From positions 64,001 to 128,000 of the forward strand of contig CAWAKC010000006.1 of assembly GCA_963782525.1 (NCBI GenBank): a DNA stretch of 64,000 bases. The letters are read 5' to 3'. This document shows positions 8,927-17,165 of this stretch, in pieces (the first letter of the stretch is position 1; each line of letters opens with the position of its first letter). A model generated the notes under the pieces. The model saw only the letters and a program-made list of their open reading frames with translations, did no database searches and was not told the origin of the DNA. Both the position numbers and the translations under genes were made by a program. This DNA is from Candidatus Bathyarchaeota archaeon. GTDB lineage: Archaea; Thermoproteota; Bathyarchaeia; Bathyarchaeales; Bathycorpusculaceae.

Positions 8927-8987
8927 CTCGTCTAATGTGCTTGAAAGAAGGTTGGAAGGAACGAGCTTCCCCTTCATAAAATCAAGC
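8927..8987 (-). promoter_or_regulatory. Predicted 5' UTR hairpin/pseudoknot of the nuclease gene
   Basis: Stems GCTTGA/TCAAGC, GAAGG/CCTTC, GGAAG/CTTCC; loop CUCGUU complementary to GACGAG just upstream of the ATG. Confidence 0.45.
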
Positions 8988-9717
8988 TGTTGTTATGCGC
9001 AAATATATTAATGGTGGATAAGTTTAATAAGGTTTACTGCATTGCAGTTTTTTCGGTGTTTTATGTGGCGTACGCTTGCTGGTTATTTTTCACTACAAAA
9101 ATCTAAGCCTTTTTTGGTCCTCTCCATGCAATACAAGGCTGTTTTAAACGTAGTGATGCTATCACCAAACTTATTATCTAACATCCTCTTAACACGTTCA
9201 AGAGTACCAAGAACATTATAATAAAAAGCAAAAATACAGCCCCATTCTAACCTTCTTTTCTAAATTACTACTTTATTTGGGATTGATCGCATTGCGAATT
9301 AAATCTCAACCCGAAACAGTTCCCATTCTGATTTGGGGCTAACAAAATTTTCTGGGAGATTTCAAAGCTCATTAAGATGTGGCAGGGCATGGAAGGGATA
9401 GTTATTCTATTTAGATAGTAAGTAAGTACTATCCACATCTTTATTCTTGGTTAGGTTTCTGAGCATTGAAGTTTCTTATTTCTTCAAAGCTTGCTCTTAG
9501 TGTAGCATCCACGTTCAACAACTATAGTATAACACCGCTTATCGTTCTACAGATAGACAGATTAGCTGCCTTACTAACCCCTTCATAGTAACATAGTAGG
9601 CTATCCAATAGTAGGAGCTTAGTAGCAATGTTCTCATGCCTCACCTTTATTGATTAATAACTCTGGTTAAAGGGTAGAATATGCAGTTAGATTAAACAAT
9701 GATTCTGTTCTGCATTA

Positions 9718-10812
9718 CTACTCTGGTTCTTGTTCCTGTCTCTGTGCCTCTTCTTCTATATCATGCTCTAACTCTTCTGTTGTCATGTTAAATCTACGTG
9801 CTATAAGTGCAATGGTAGCTTTAGATAGAAAGTTCTGTTTCTCAAGAAGGCTTATCCTCGCTGTAAGTTTAGTAACCTCTTCAGAGAGCTTAGAAACTTT
9901 GCCATTTCCATTAGTTAAGATGCATGTAGTCAATTTCATAACTTTACTGTAGCATTCTTTCAATTCAAAACTACTAACATACGCATCCTCAGAAGTGGCT
10001 TTCCCTACTATCTGCTTCCATTTAGACTCACTCATATTCCCAGATAGTCTATCAATAAGGTATTTTCTTAAGCAGTGGAATCTTAGGTGTTTATCTCCTA
10101 AATTGATATTTGCCTTATCCGCTAATTGCTGTAAAATTGTACTAAGTTCTCTCTCTAATATTGGAAAGATTCTTTCAGTATCGGCTTTATCGGTATTACC
10201 TTCAAGCATGGCTTTAACCACTGGTAAAGCATCACTGTCTATAAATGGATAAGCTGTTACTCCCTCTTTTTCTGTCACTGTTTCACCGATAAAGATAGGT
10301 GCTTCTTGATTCAAGTTAATACTTCTAAATGCGCCATAAGTGAAAGAAGCAAAGTCCCCTGCTCTAAACCCTAAACTCTTCCCTAAGAGTAACACATACT
10401 TTTCTCTAAGATCACCTACAAAAGCCATCTTAGAAATATCTTCATTTACCAACATGTAGTCTTTAGTTGTTCTCTTAGGCTTTCCACCAAGTTTCTTGGT
10501 TTCAGCAGTGGTAAATTCAAAGGGTACTCTATAGTAAGCAAAGAATGACCTTAAGCTGTTGATAGCTGTTTTACAAGCATTATCACTGTAATTCTGTTCT
10601 TTCATCCAACCAATAAAAGACATTATTTTTCTTTCCCACTCAAAGCCTTTATCAGCTTTTTTAGATTCTAAAAGCTCTTTTCCGCTCATCTTATAGTAAT
10701 CAACAATTTTTCTAAAGAAGCATAGATAGATTGTTGCTGTACTCTTTTTTTGACTGTTTAGAAACTCTTTGATTGTATCATCTATTCCCTCATAATTTGT
10801 TATTCTTGGCAT
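9718..10812 (-). CDS. Tyrosine recombinase/integrase
   Basis: LRSFF N-domain, GFRAGD (Arg), TEKE (Lys), FHCLRK (HxxR), DAY (Tyr); ATG 10812 follows SD AGGAGTGA. Confidence 0.92.
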   Translation of the reverse strand: MPRITNYEGIDDTIKEFLNSQKKSTATIYLCFFRKIVDYYKMSGKELLESKKADKGFEWERKIMSFIGWMKEQNYSDNACKTAINSLRSFFAYYRVPFEFTTAETKKLGGKPKRTTKDYMLVNEDISKMAFVGDLREKYVLLLGKSLGFRAGDFASFTYGAFRSINLNQEAPIFIGETVTEKEGVTAYPFIDSDALPVVKAMLEGNTDKADTERIFPILERELSTILQQLADKANINLGDKHLRFHCLRKYLIDRLSGNMSESKWKQIVGKATSEDAYVSSFELKECYSKVMKLTTCILTNGNGKVSKLSEEVTKLTARISLLEKQNFLSKATIALIARRFNMTTEELEHDIEEEAQRQEQEPE

Positions 10813-11030
10813 CTTATCGTTCACTCCTAACACCCTCTTACCTTTAACTGCTTAATAAATTGTACTCCAAAAAGGTGTTTATTTAAGGTTTAAGAATGTT
10901 AGCGGTTGTTTACCGTTAATTATATTTATCTTTAGCTATTACTTCCGTTAATAGTTTTTTTTAGGTTTGTTGTGTTTTGTACGTTCGTTTTCTTTCATTC
11001 TCCATATATCTTTTCATAGTTTAAAAAACT

Positions 11031-11402
11031 TTAGAATTCCTCTTCTGGAAAAAGTGCGTTTTTATCGTCTATTCCTAGCACACCATCATATTCTGATCCA
11101 TCATCTTTTTCGGTCTCTTCGCTGTTTTGGGTTTGTTGTTGCGGTTCATAGCCTTTAGGATAAATTTGTGTAAGGTTTAGACGGTATTTCATAAATCCAA
11201 TAAAGCCTAGTGGTTTAGGTTGCTTTTTCTGTTCTGGAATCTTTAGTTTCACTTCATAAGGTACGCCTTGCTGAATGAACGGTTCTGTAGTGAGTTTTAG
11301 GTCTATCTCTGGAAATACAAATTGACCTTTAGGCAATTCTGTTATTACGTCTCTAAACTCTGCATTATGAATATAATGGCTCTGGAATAATGGGTAGAAC
11401 AC
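11031..11402 (-). CDS. Hypothetical protein with acidic C-terminal tail
   Basis: 123-aa ORF; start uncertain; overlaps the divergent ORF. Confidence 0.4.
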   Translation of the reverse strand: MFYPLFQSHYIHNAEFRDVITELPKGQFVFPEIDLKLTTEPFIQQGVPYEVKLKIPEQKKQPKPLGFIGFMKYRLNLTQIYPKGYEPQQQTQNSEETEKDDGSEYDGVLGIDDKNALFPEEEF

Positions 11403-11668
11403 TAAAAAAGGTAGAAACAGATAAAGAATGTTTACCCTCTAAGCTAAAAGGATATTTCCACAGTGACGAAACTAGACGATATTTTCCAAATTTTGAGATT
11501 GCAACAGAAACAGAACTATTTTTAATTGAGCCTAATGCGGTAATAGAACAAACAAAACAGAATAAAGCAGAACCGTTAAAGTTTTCGTGGTATTGCTCAG
11601 TATGCAAAGAACCTAATGCATACGATGCTAAAGTGTGTAAATGGTGCGGAATAAAGAGAAAATCCTAA
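11390..11668 (+). CDS. Protein with C-terminal RanBP2-type Zn finger
   Basis: WYCSVCKEPNAYDAKVCKWCG = W-x-C-x2-C-x3-N-x6-C-x2-C. Confidence 0.7.
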   Translation: MGRTLKKVETDKECLPSKLKGYFHSDETRRYFPNFEIATETELFLIEPNAVIEQTKQNKAEPLKFSWYCSVCKEPNAYDAKVCKWCGIKRKS

Positions 11669-11784
11669 GTTTCTTTAAAGTCATAAAGGCTAGTTTACTT
11701 CTGGCTTCTTAACCAGCCTAATGACAGCGGGGAAAGGTTCCTAAGAGTTTCCTTTTCCCACTAAACACTTTTTATTAAATAACT

Positions 11785-12804
11785 TAGAAGTGTGCACAAT
11801 TAATTTTTTATAGTTTTTCAGCTAATAACAATGTGAGCGAGACTGGGCCCGAACCCGTCAAAACCAATGGTTTGTGTCTAGGAACACTATAACCGTCTAA
11901 CTATTGGGTCAAGCCCAGTACTTGTTCACCGTTTTCAAGCTTTCTTCGCCGACAATGATCGACCTTATTGCTTCAGCATCGTAACTTATCAGTCCAGCCA
12001 TAACCATCGCCGCTTTCTTTACCAAACCTCTTGGCCAAAGCCAGCAATCCTTCAGTACATTCTCTTTGAGATGCTCGTTAAATTGTTCAACAACGTAGCG
12101 TTTAGTTTTCAAAAACTCCGCATGCTTGATTTTCTTGCGTTTTCCTCGTCTGGGGTTAGAAGCAATAACTGGCTCTGCCTCTATGCCCTTGGCTGCTCCT
12201 TTATTTGTTTTTGAGTCATAGCCCGCATCGGCCAAAACGTAGTCTGCCTCCAGATCCTCAATAAGCTTAGGAAAAAAAGGCGAATCATAGCGATTACCCG
12301 GTGTAACGATTCCTCTTAATGGCAGTCCCAGCTGGTTTACAGCAGCATGAAGTTTGAAGCCTCTGAATTTTCCACGGCTTGTGTGACCCCAGCCTGCTTC
12401 CATATCGTAGAGATCCACTAACGGCGTTGAATCAACAATTAAGAAGGTGGTCGGTGTCATAAGTTGAAGTATGTCTGCTATCTTTTCAAATGTCTCTTCA
12501 AGAAGGTCAAAGTAGCGTCTCCACCATCTTCCAACGGTAGTTCTGTTTGGTACTTTGCATAAGCCAAGTGTTCTAGCGGCATCCGAATGCTTCTTTAGAT
12601 GTTCAATTACACGCGTATCGTTCTCTAATCCTTTCAGTCTGGCATAAACGAGAACTCTTAGTGCTCTTAGGCGTCCGTAGCCTGGGTTTCCGCGTCTTTT
12701 GGGTTCTGTTGAAACGATTGCTTTGTTGACGAAAAGCCTGACGACCTCACAGGCTTCCATAATAAAATATAATTAAGAAGCAGCTTAAATTCTGCACACC
12801 CCTA
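11785..12804 (-). mobile_element. Insertion sequence, 1020 bp, IS4/IS5-superfamily DDE type
   Basis: 17-bp imperfect TIRs TAGAAGTGTGCACAATT (11785-11801) and rc TAGGGGTGTGCAGAATT (12788-12804); 7-bp TSD AATAACT at 11778-11784 and 12805-12811. Confidence 0.92.
11909..12760 (-). CDS. DDE transposase
   Basis: IVDST, GFKLH, ADAGYD, RYVVEQ catalytic motifs; intact. Confidence 0.95.
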   Translation of the reverse strand: MEACEVVRLFVNKAIVSTEPKRRGNPGYGRLRALRVLVYARLKGLENDTRVIEHLKKHSDAARTLGLCKVPNRTTVGRWWRRYFDLLEETFEKIADILQLMTPTTFLIVDSTPLVDLYDMEAGWGHTSRGKFRGFKLHAAVNQLGLPLRGIVTPGNRYDSPFFPKLIEDLEADYVLADAGYDSKTNKGAAKGIEAEPVIASNPRRGKRKKIKHAEFLKTKRYVVEQFNEHLKENVLKDCWLWPRGLVKKAAMVMAGLISYDAEAIRSIIVGEESLKTVNKYWA

Positions 12805-12833
12805 AATAACTAATAAGGGGAAATAAAGACGAA

Positions 12834-12998
12834 ATGAAATTTGTTTGTATTAACTGCAATAAAGAAACAAAGCTAGAAAAGTTAAGGGAAAATCAGATAA
12901 TAAACTGCTCTTCATGCAATAAACCGTGAATCTACAGAGATGGAAACTTGATTTACTTAGAGATAAGAAATATTGTTAGTGGTTGCGAATGGTTTTGA
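12834..12998 (+). pseudogene. Zn-ribbon microprotein (LysW-like Cys spacing) with internal TGA
   Basis: MKFVCINC...NCSSCNKP*IYRDGNLIYLEI...; TGA at 12927-12929; frame continues. Confidence 0.55.
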
Positions 12999-13082
12999 TA
13001 AAGATGTACTCTATTTTTTAGAAGTTTTCTTTTTCCTTCTGTCATCATTATTCACACCAACCCTGAGAGCAAAACGGTTCTA

Positions 13083-13264
13083 TTAAGGAATAATCAGTTC
13101 TCTGCCACACATAGGGCATTGAACAGGGGTTTTCTTTTGGTAATAAAGCAATTGAACCCCACATAAATAACAAAGGGATATTTTGCATTTTGGGCAGTAT
13201 TTGATGCCACCATAACCATTTTTCCGCACATTGTACAGGGAGTTGTAAGGTCAAAAAAGCCCAT
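13083..13264 (-). pseudogene. 8-Cys RING-like microprotein with 1-nt frameshift
   Basis: Adding one A to the A5 run at ~13219-13223 gives MGFFDLTTPCTMCGKNGYGGIKYCPKCKISLCYLCGVQLLYYQKKTPVQCPMCGRELIIP; SD GAGGT. Confidence 0.7.
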
Positions 13265-13404
13265 GACCTCAATGTTTGGTTAAACAAAATATAAAGAGCA
13301 GCTTGAAACGACATTCTCTCATAGTGGAGAGTCTATTGAAAGAGATAGGGCAAAAAAAGCAAGGGCAAAAACTTAAAATTGAATAACAGAGAAATAGCGA
13401 TAAC

Positions 13405-14079
13405 ATGGCAAAAACAGGTCAAAGCATTATTTTTCAATTGAAGCGTTTCCTAAGAATTGGCTCTAATGAAAATTAAAAGAATATCAAAAGAATTCAATTC
13501 GTAAAAGGTGACGAGTGGCAAAAAATAATACATCCACTTGTTGAGGAAGTTAATGAAACGTGCAAGAAAAAGAGATTTACAGAAAGAAGAAAGAATCAGT
13601 TCATTATTATTGGTTTTGGTGCGTTTATGATATGTGTAATAGCTGCGGGATTAAACTATTTTGCTTATTACTTAATTGGACAATTCATTAACATTATTCC
13701 AAACATATCACCAAGCAATCAGACGCAGATTTCTTTGGATAATCAAACCGTTACTCAAGCTCAAATCAATCAAATTAATTTTGCCATGCAACAGTTTCCA
13801 ACACTTTTTGCTTTAACCGTGGGAGTAATAGCTATTATTGTTACTGTTTATGCGATTGTTGTTCCGTTGATTTTTGGAACTTCTTCAATTTCTGAGATTG
13901 CTGAAGAGTATTTTGCAAAACTAAGAAAAGGAAAACCCCTCAATGTTAGACCGTACCTTAAAGCTTTGATTAACATGAAATGTGAAGAATTTGATTTAGA
14001 CCTTACCATAGCTTATGATTTAAATCCTGAGCTATTTTCTCAAGAATCTCTGCTGAGACGTCTTTACAAATGCGGTTAA
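13405..14079 (+). pseudogene. Two-TM membrane protein with early in-frame TAA
   Basis: Leaderless ATG 13405 is in frame with ORF 13627; TAA at 13474-13476. Confidence 0.6.
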
Positions 14080-14139
14080 TCTCATAGCAAATATGCGATG
14101 GCAAAACTTAAAACTTCTTAGCGTAGAAATAGACTAATT

Positions 14140-14664
14140 ATAGCTGAAAAGAAAAATGCGAATTAAACTAAGAATGAACAAAAAAAGAGCAACAAATCGA
14201 ATCAAGTTAAAATCCCGAAAAAGTCTCTTTACGCTCTTGCTATTGCAACTATAATAGTTGTAATATGGGTTGGTATTGGGTCGTCAACAAAATATGGGCT
14301 TCAAATAAAACTCTCTGAAACGTATATCCCAACTCTAATTAACGGAATAACGACTTCAACCAGTGTAGTCATTGGTATATTTATTGCAATTCTTGGAATT
14401 ATGTTACGTTTTTCTATTGAAAAAAAAGACACTGCATCTAAACTGTTTTATCTAACTGCGATAGTGGTTCTTATAGTTCCTGTAGCTTTTCTCTGGTCTA
14501 CCTACGCCTTTCTAACTCAGGGATTTTTGACATTTGCAGTTACATACGCACTCGATGCTCTCATTTTTGCTTTATTCGTCCTTATCGTTATTGTAACCTT
14601 CACTGTAGTAAGAATTACAAACCAAACCGAAAAAGAAGACCCAACTGTTGGAAACGATTTCTAA
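14140..14664 (+). pseudogene. Four-TM membrane protein with ATA start and early TAA
   Basis: Frame of ORF 14401 is open back to TAA 14164-14166 and includes two more TM helices; promoter similar to that of 13405. Confidence 0.6.
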
Positions 14665-14767
14665 AGCTAACCTTACTCCGCTTTATTTTTTCTGGGCACT
14701 TTTTTTATCAAGTACAAGCCTTATATTAAAGGTTAGAACAATAGCGTTCTTTAAGGAGATCCGTAAA

Positions 14768-15019
14768 ACGTCTGGAACACGGCAGTTAGGAATTGCTTTA
14801 ATCGTTTTTGGTGCACTTCTTCTGGTAGGTGCGGCTTTTGCATATACATAGGCGCAAACCCACTCAATAAGTGGTGCTGGAATCACGATACCATTACCGT
14901 CAACTTATCCATATAGAGATGATGCTACGGGTTTAATTCTCGGAGCCGTTGCCATGTTTGTTGTAGGGTTTGCTTTACTTGTCTATAAACCTCAAAATTC
15001 TCTACCACCACCGCCTTAA
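14768..15019 (+). pseudogene. Two-TM 'YPYR' small membrane protein with ACG start and internal TAG
   Basis: SD TAAGGAG 9 nt upstream; TAG 14849-14851, then ...STYPYRDDATGLILGAVAMF...PPPP*. Confidence 0.65.
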
Positions 15020-15152
15020 ATCTACGAGTCACGATTTCTATCCCCATCGAGGGATAGCGGTCTTAATCGTTTTTTAGTGAAAAATAAGTAAATTCCTTAT
15101 CAGTTTTAAAGTAACATTTCTAAGCCTTAACATTTCTATTGAAAGGGTAATA

Positions 15153-15290
15153 ATGGAAAGTTGCAACGATAAAAAACTGTTTTTGTGTAAAATGGAAACT
15201 TGGAGAATTAACGAATATGTACCGAAAAGAACCTGTACCTATGGCATGGGTGAAAAATGCAAAGTTTTCAATAGGTCTCCTTACTTCTAA
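15153..15290 (+). CDS. 45-aa Cys-containing microprotein (not in ORF track)
   Basis: MESCNDKKLFLCKMETW...TCTYGMGEKCKVF; SD AAGGGT. Confidence 0.4.
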   Translation: MESCNDKKLFLCKMETWRINEYVPKRTCTYGMGEKCKVFNRSPYF

Positions 15291-15443
15291 ATTTGGTTAA
15301 GAAGCTAAGTTTTTAAATAACCTTTCATACCATAAAGTACGGTACGAGAAAAGTTGTCTTAGTAATTCTGAGTAACTCGTGTTGCTCTGAATACCAAGAC
15401 TACCAATCTTGAGACTGTAAAGTACGGAAGGAGACTTAGTCTT

Positions 15444-15590
15444 TTGCCAAGGAAAGGTTACAAATGCATAACAGTGACAGAAAAGCTGCATGAAGAAATT
15501 AAGAAAAGGGCAGACGAAACAAACCGAACTATGAAAGAATACATCGAATACTTAATGGCACACGAAAAAGCTAACAAAGCAGGAAAATAA
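15444..15590 (+). CDS. 48-aa ribbon-helix-helix protein (not in ORF track)
   Basis: MPRKGYKCITVTEKLHEEIKKRADETNRTMKEYIEYLM; SD GAAGGAG. Confidence 0.75.
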   Translation: MPRKGYKCITVTEKLHEEIKKRADETNRTMKEYIEYLMAHEKANKAGK

Positions 15591-15593
15591 TTT

Positions 15594-15779
15594 ACGACCC
15601 TAAAAATCCTCCAAAACAACGATCGTGTAGCAGAAGTTCAGTTCATTTGTGATTCCTGCGGTAGGCTGGTAAGGACAAGCCTGATTCCCAGAAAAGAAAT
15701 CGATGCCCAAAAAAACATGGACGTAACATGTTGGCAATGCAAACATCCAAACTCAGCTAAAGATAAAACTAAAAATTAA
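15594..15779 (+). CDS. 61-aa Zn-finger protein with non-canonical ACG start (or start-mutated pseudogene)
   Basis: FICDSCG...VTCWQCK; lies in frame directly behind the RHH stop. Confidence 0.5.
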   Translation, partial: TTLKILQNNDRVAEVQFICDSCGRLVRTSLIPRKEIDAQKNMDVTCWQCKHPNSAKDKTKN

Positions 15780-16156
15780 GTTCGCCTTTCTAACGCTTCA
15801 GCATCGATTATTTCAAGCAACCTAACGACCCGTTTACCCTTGATAGCTTTTTCTTTTTTAGTAATCGTGCTTCTTGACTGACAAATCTCATCCAGAATAA
15901 TCCCTACATCTTCGTCCACAATCACCGGGTACACTCTGCAGCCAGCAGGTCGATCAGCATAAACACTGCAAAGGCGATTTTTGCGGTCGTAGAAAACACA
16001 GTAACCCTCACGATTTTTTAGAATTGCATAGCCTTGTTTGTCTAAGTTTATGAATTGGTTTTGACTGAAACCCTTCTTCTCCAAACGTTTAATATCTTTT
16101 TTGGAGAGCAACATTTCAGTTTCTGTACAGCAAACTCCGCAGTTTGAGCAATCCAT
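15776..16156 (-). CDS. YkgJ-family Fe-S/Zn cysteine cluster protein
   Basis: CxxCGxCC, CVFYD, CSVYADRPAGCRVYP; likely ATG at 16156. Confidence 0.88.
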   Translation of the reverse strand: MDCSNCGVCCTETEMLLSKKDIKRLEKKGFSQNQFINLDKQGYAILKNREGYCVFYDRKNRLCSVYADRPAGCRVYPVIVDEDVGIILDEICQSRSTITKKEKAIKGKRVVRLLEIIDAEALERRT

Positions 16157-16206
16157 AGGCGATGATGTGTCAAGGCGGTATTTGTGTTTTATCAATAGCC
16201 GCTTTT

Positions 16207-16446
16207 TTAGGCTGGATTTTTCATCAAGTTCATGTTGAGCATTTCTGCCCAAGCCACATTTTTAAGAGGTACACGGGTGACTTTATGATTGCTTGACAGA
16301 GAGTACTCGAGTAGGTTGTTTTTTTTCCCTACGCCCTTGTGGATTTTTGTCAATTGAACGTTAACGATTACGGCTCCGTCTTTTAGGTGCAGGTTAACGT
16401 TTCTTCCGATAAATGATCGTGCACTATTAGCGCTAAAACTCTCCAT
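16207..16446 (-). CDS. Small Sm/LSm-like beta protein
   Basis: FIGRNVNLHLKDGAVIVN pattern; SD GAGGA before ATG 16446. Confidence 0.6.
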   Translation of the reverse strand: MESFSANSARSFIGRNVNLHLKDGAVIVNVQLTKIHKGVGKKNNLLEYSLSSNHKVTRVPLKNVAWAEMLNMNLMKNPA

Positions 16447-16448
16447 TT

Positions 16449-16586
16449 TTACCATTCCTCGTCTTGCTCTGAGATTTTGCTCCAGCATTGTTGGCAAATT
16501 GGCAGATTTTCGCCTTTAATTTGGATGTAGAGTTTAATGTTTTCACTGTGGCAGGTGTCTTTCCATGGGTTTTTACAATGTTCCAT
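16449..16586 (-). CDS. 45-aa Zn-finger microprotein (not in ORF track)
   Basis: MEHCKNPWKDTCHSENIKLYIQIKGENLPICQQCWSKISEQDEEW; strong SD; coupled to the next gene. Confidence 0.75.
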   Translation of the reverse strand: MEHCKNPWKDTCHSENIKLYIQIKGENLPICQQCWSKISEQDEEW

Positions 16587-16719
16587 ATTTTTTCCTCACA
16601 CACCCCTTTTGGTGTTTTTGCTTTTAAGGCAGTTGCAGAAACATACTTTTGGTTCCGGGGAGGGGTCAGTGAAAGTAAAACTTTATACGGCAAGTTTTCG
16701 ATTAGTAACTTGTGAGTTA

Positions 16720-17165
16720 ATGGTTTTTAACCTCATTTTTGCAATAGTCACAGCGAGCTTACTTATCCAATTAGCGGTTTTGTCCCTTCTGATTTACGGT
16801 TACCTACTTTATCGACGGTTGAAGTTCCGTCAACACGGCATATCATGTCATACGCCGTTTTTGTGCAAGTTGCAGCGGTTTTCTCGATTATGGTTCCCTC
16901 GTTTGTTCTCGCAGTTTTCCCATACTACGTCGTCCCACACACATTAGAATTGGTATCTATCGTTAGCTTAATCCACGAGGTCACTGGCGGCTTAGCATTC
17001 GCTCTCGGCGTTTGGTTTGTTGCTTCCTGGCGTTTCCGCAAAGACTTCAAAGGTTGCTTTAACAAAAGAAAATTGATGCTCGCAACGATGGTTGTCTGGG
17101 TAACAGCCTTAGCTTTTGGAATAACATTGTACACGATTTTCAACTGGGCTATTCTGATGGGTTAA
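16720..17165 (+). pseudogene. DUF420-like four-TM membrane protein split by a 1-nt frameshift
   Basis: MVFNLIFAIV...FRQHGI | IMSYAVF...IHEVTG; break at ~16840. Confidence 0.7.

Larger units (their letters stand above)
2100..15300. mobile_element. AT-rich integrative element/genomic island with tyrosine recombinase; boundaries approximate
   Basis: Visible GC drop relative to flanks, integrase at 9718-10812, orphan microprotein operon, nested IS, pseudogenes; no clear att duplication found. Confidence 0.75.

Noticed and set aside
12927-12929. TGA as selenocysteine in the Zn-ribbon ORF
   Set aside because: The codon is not at a Cys position of the CxxC pairs and no SECIS-like element was recognised.
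13048-13314. 88-aa ORF from the track
   Set aside because: Shadow frame of the frameshifted 8-Cys gene.
16433-16693. 86-aa ORF from the track
   Set aside because: The 45-aa Cys-motif ORF in another frame has the SD and operon coupling.
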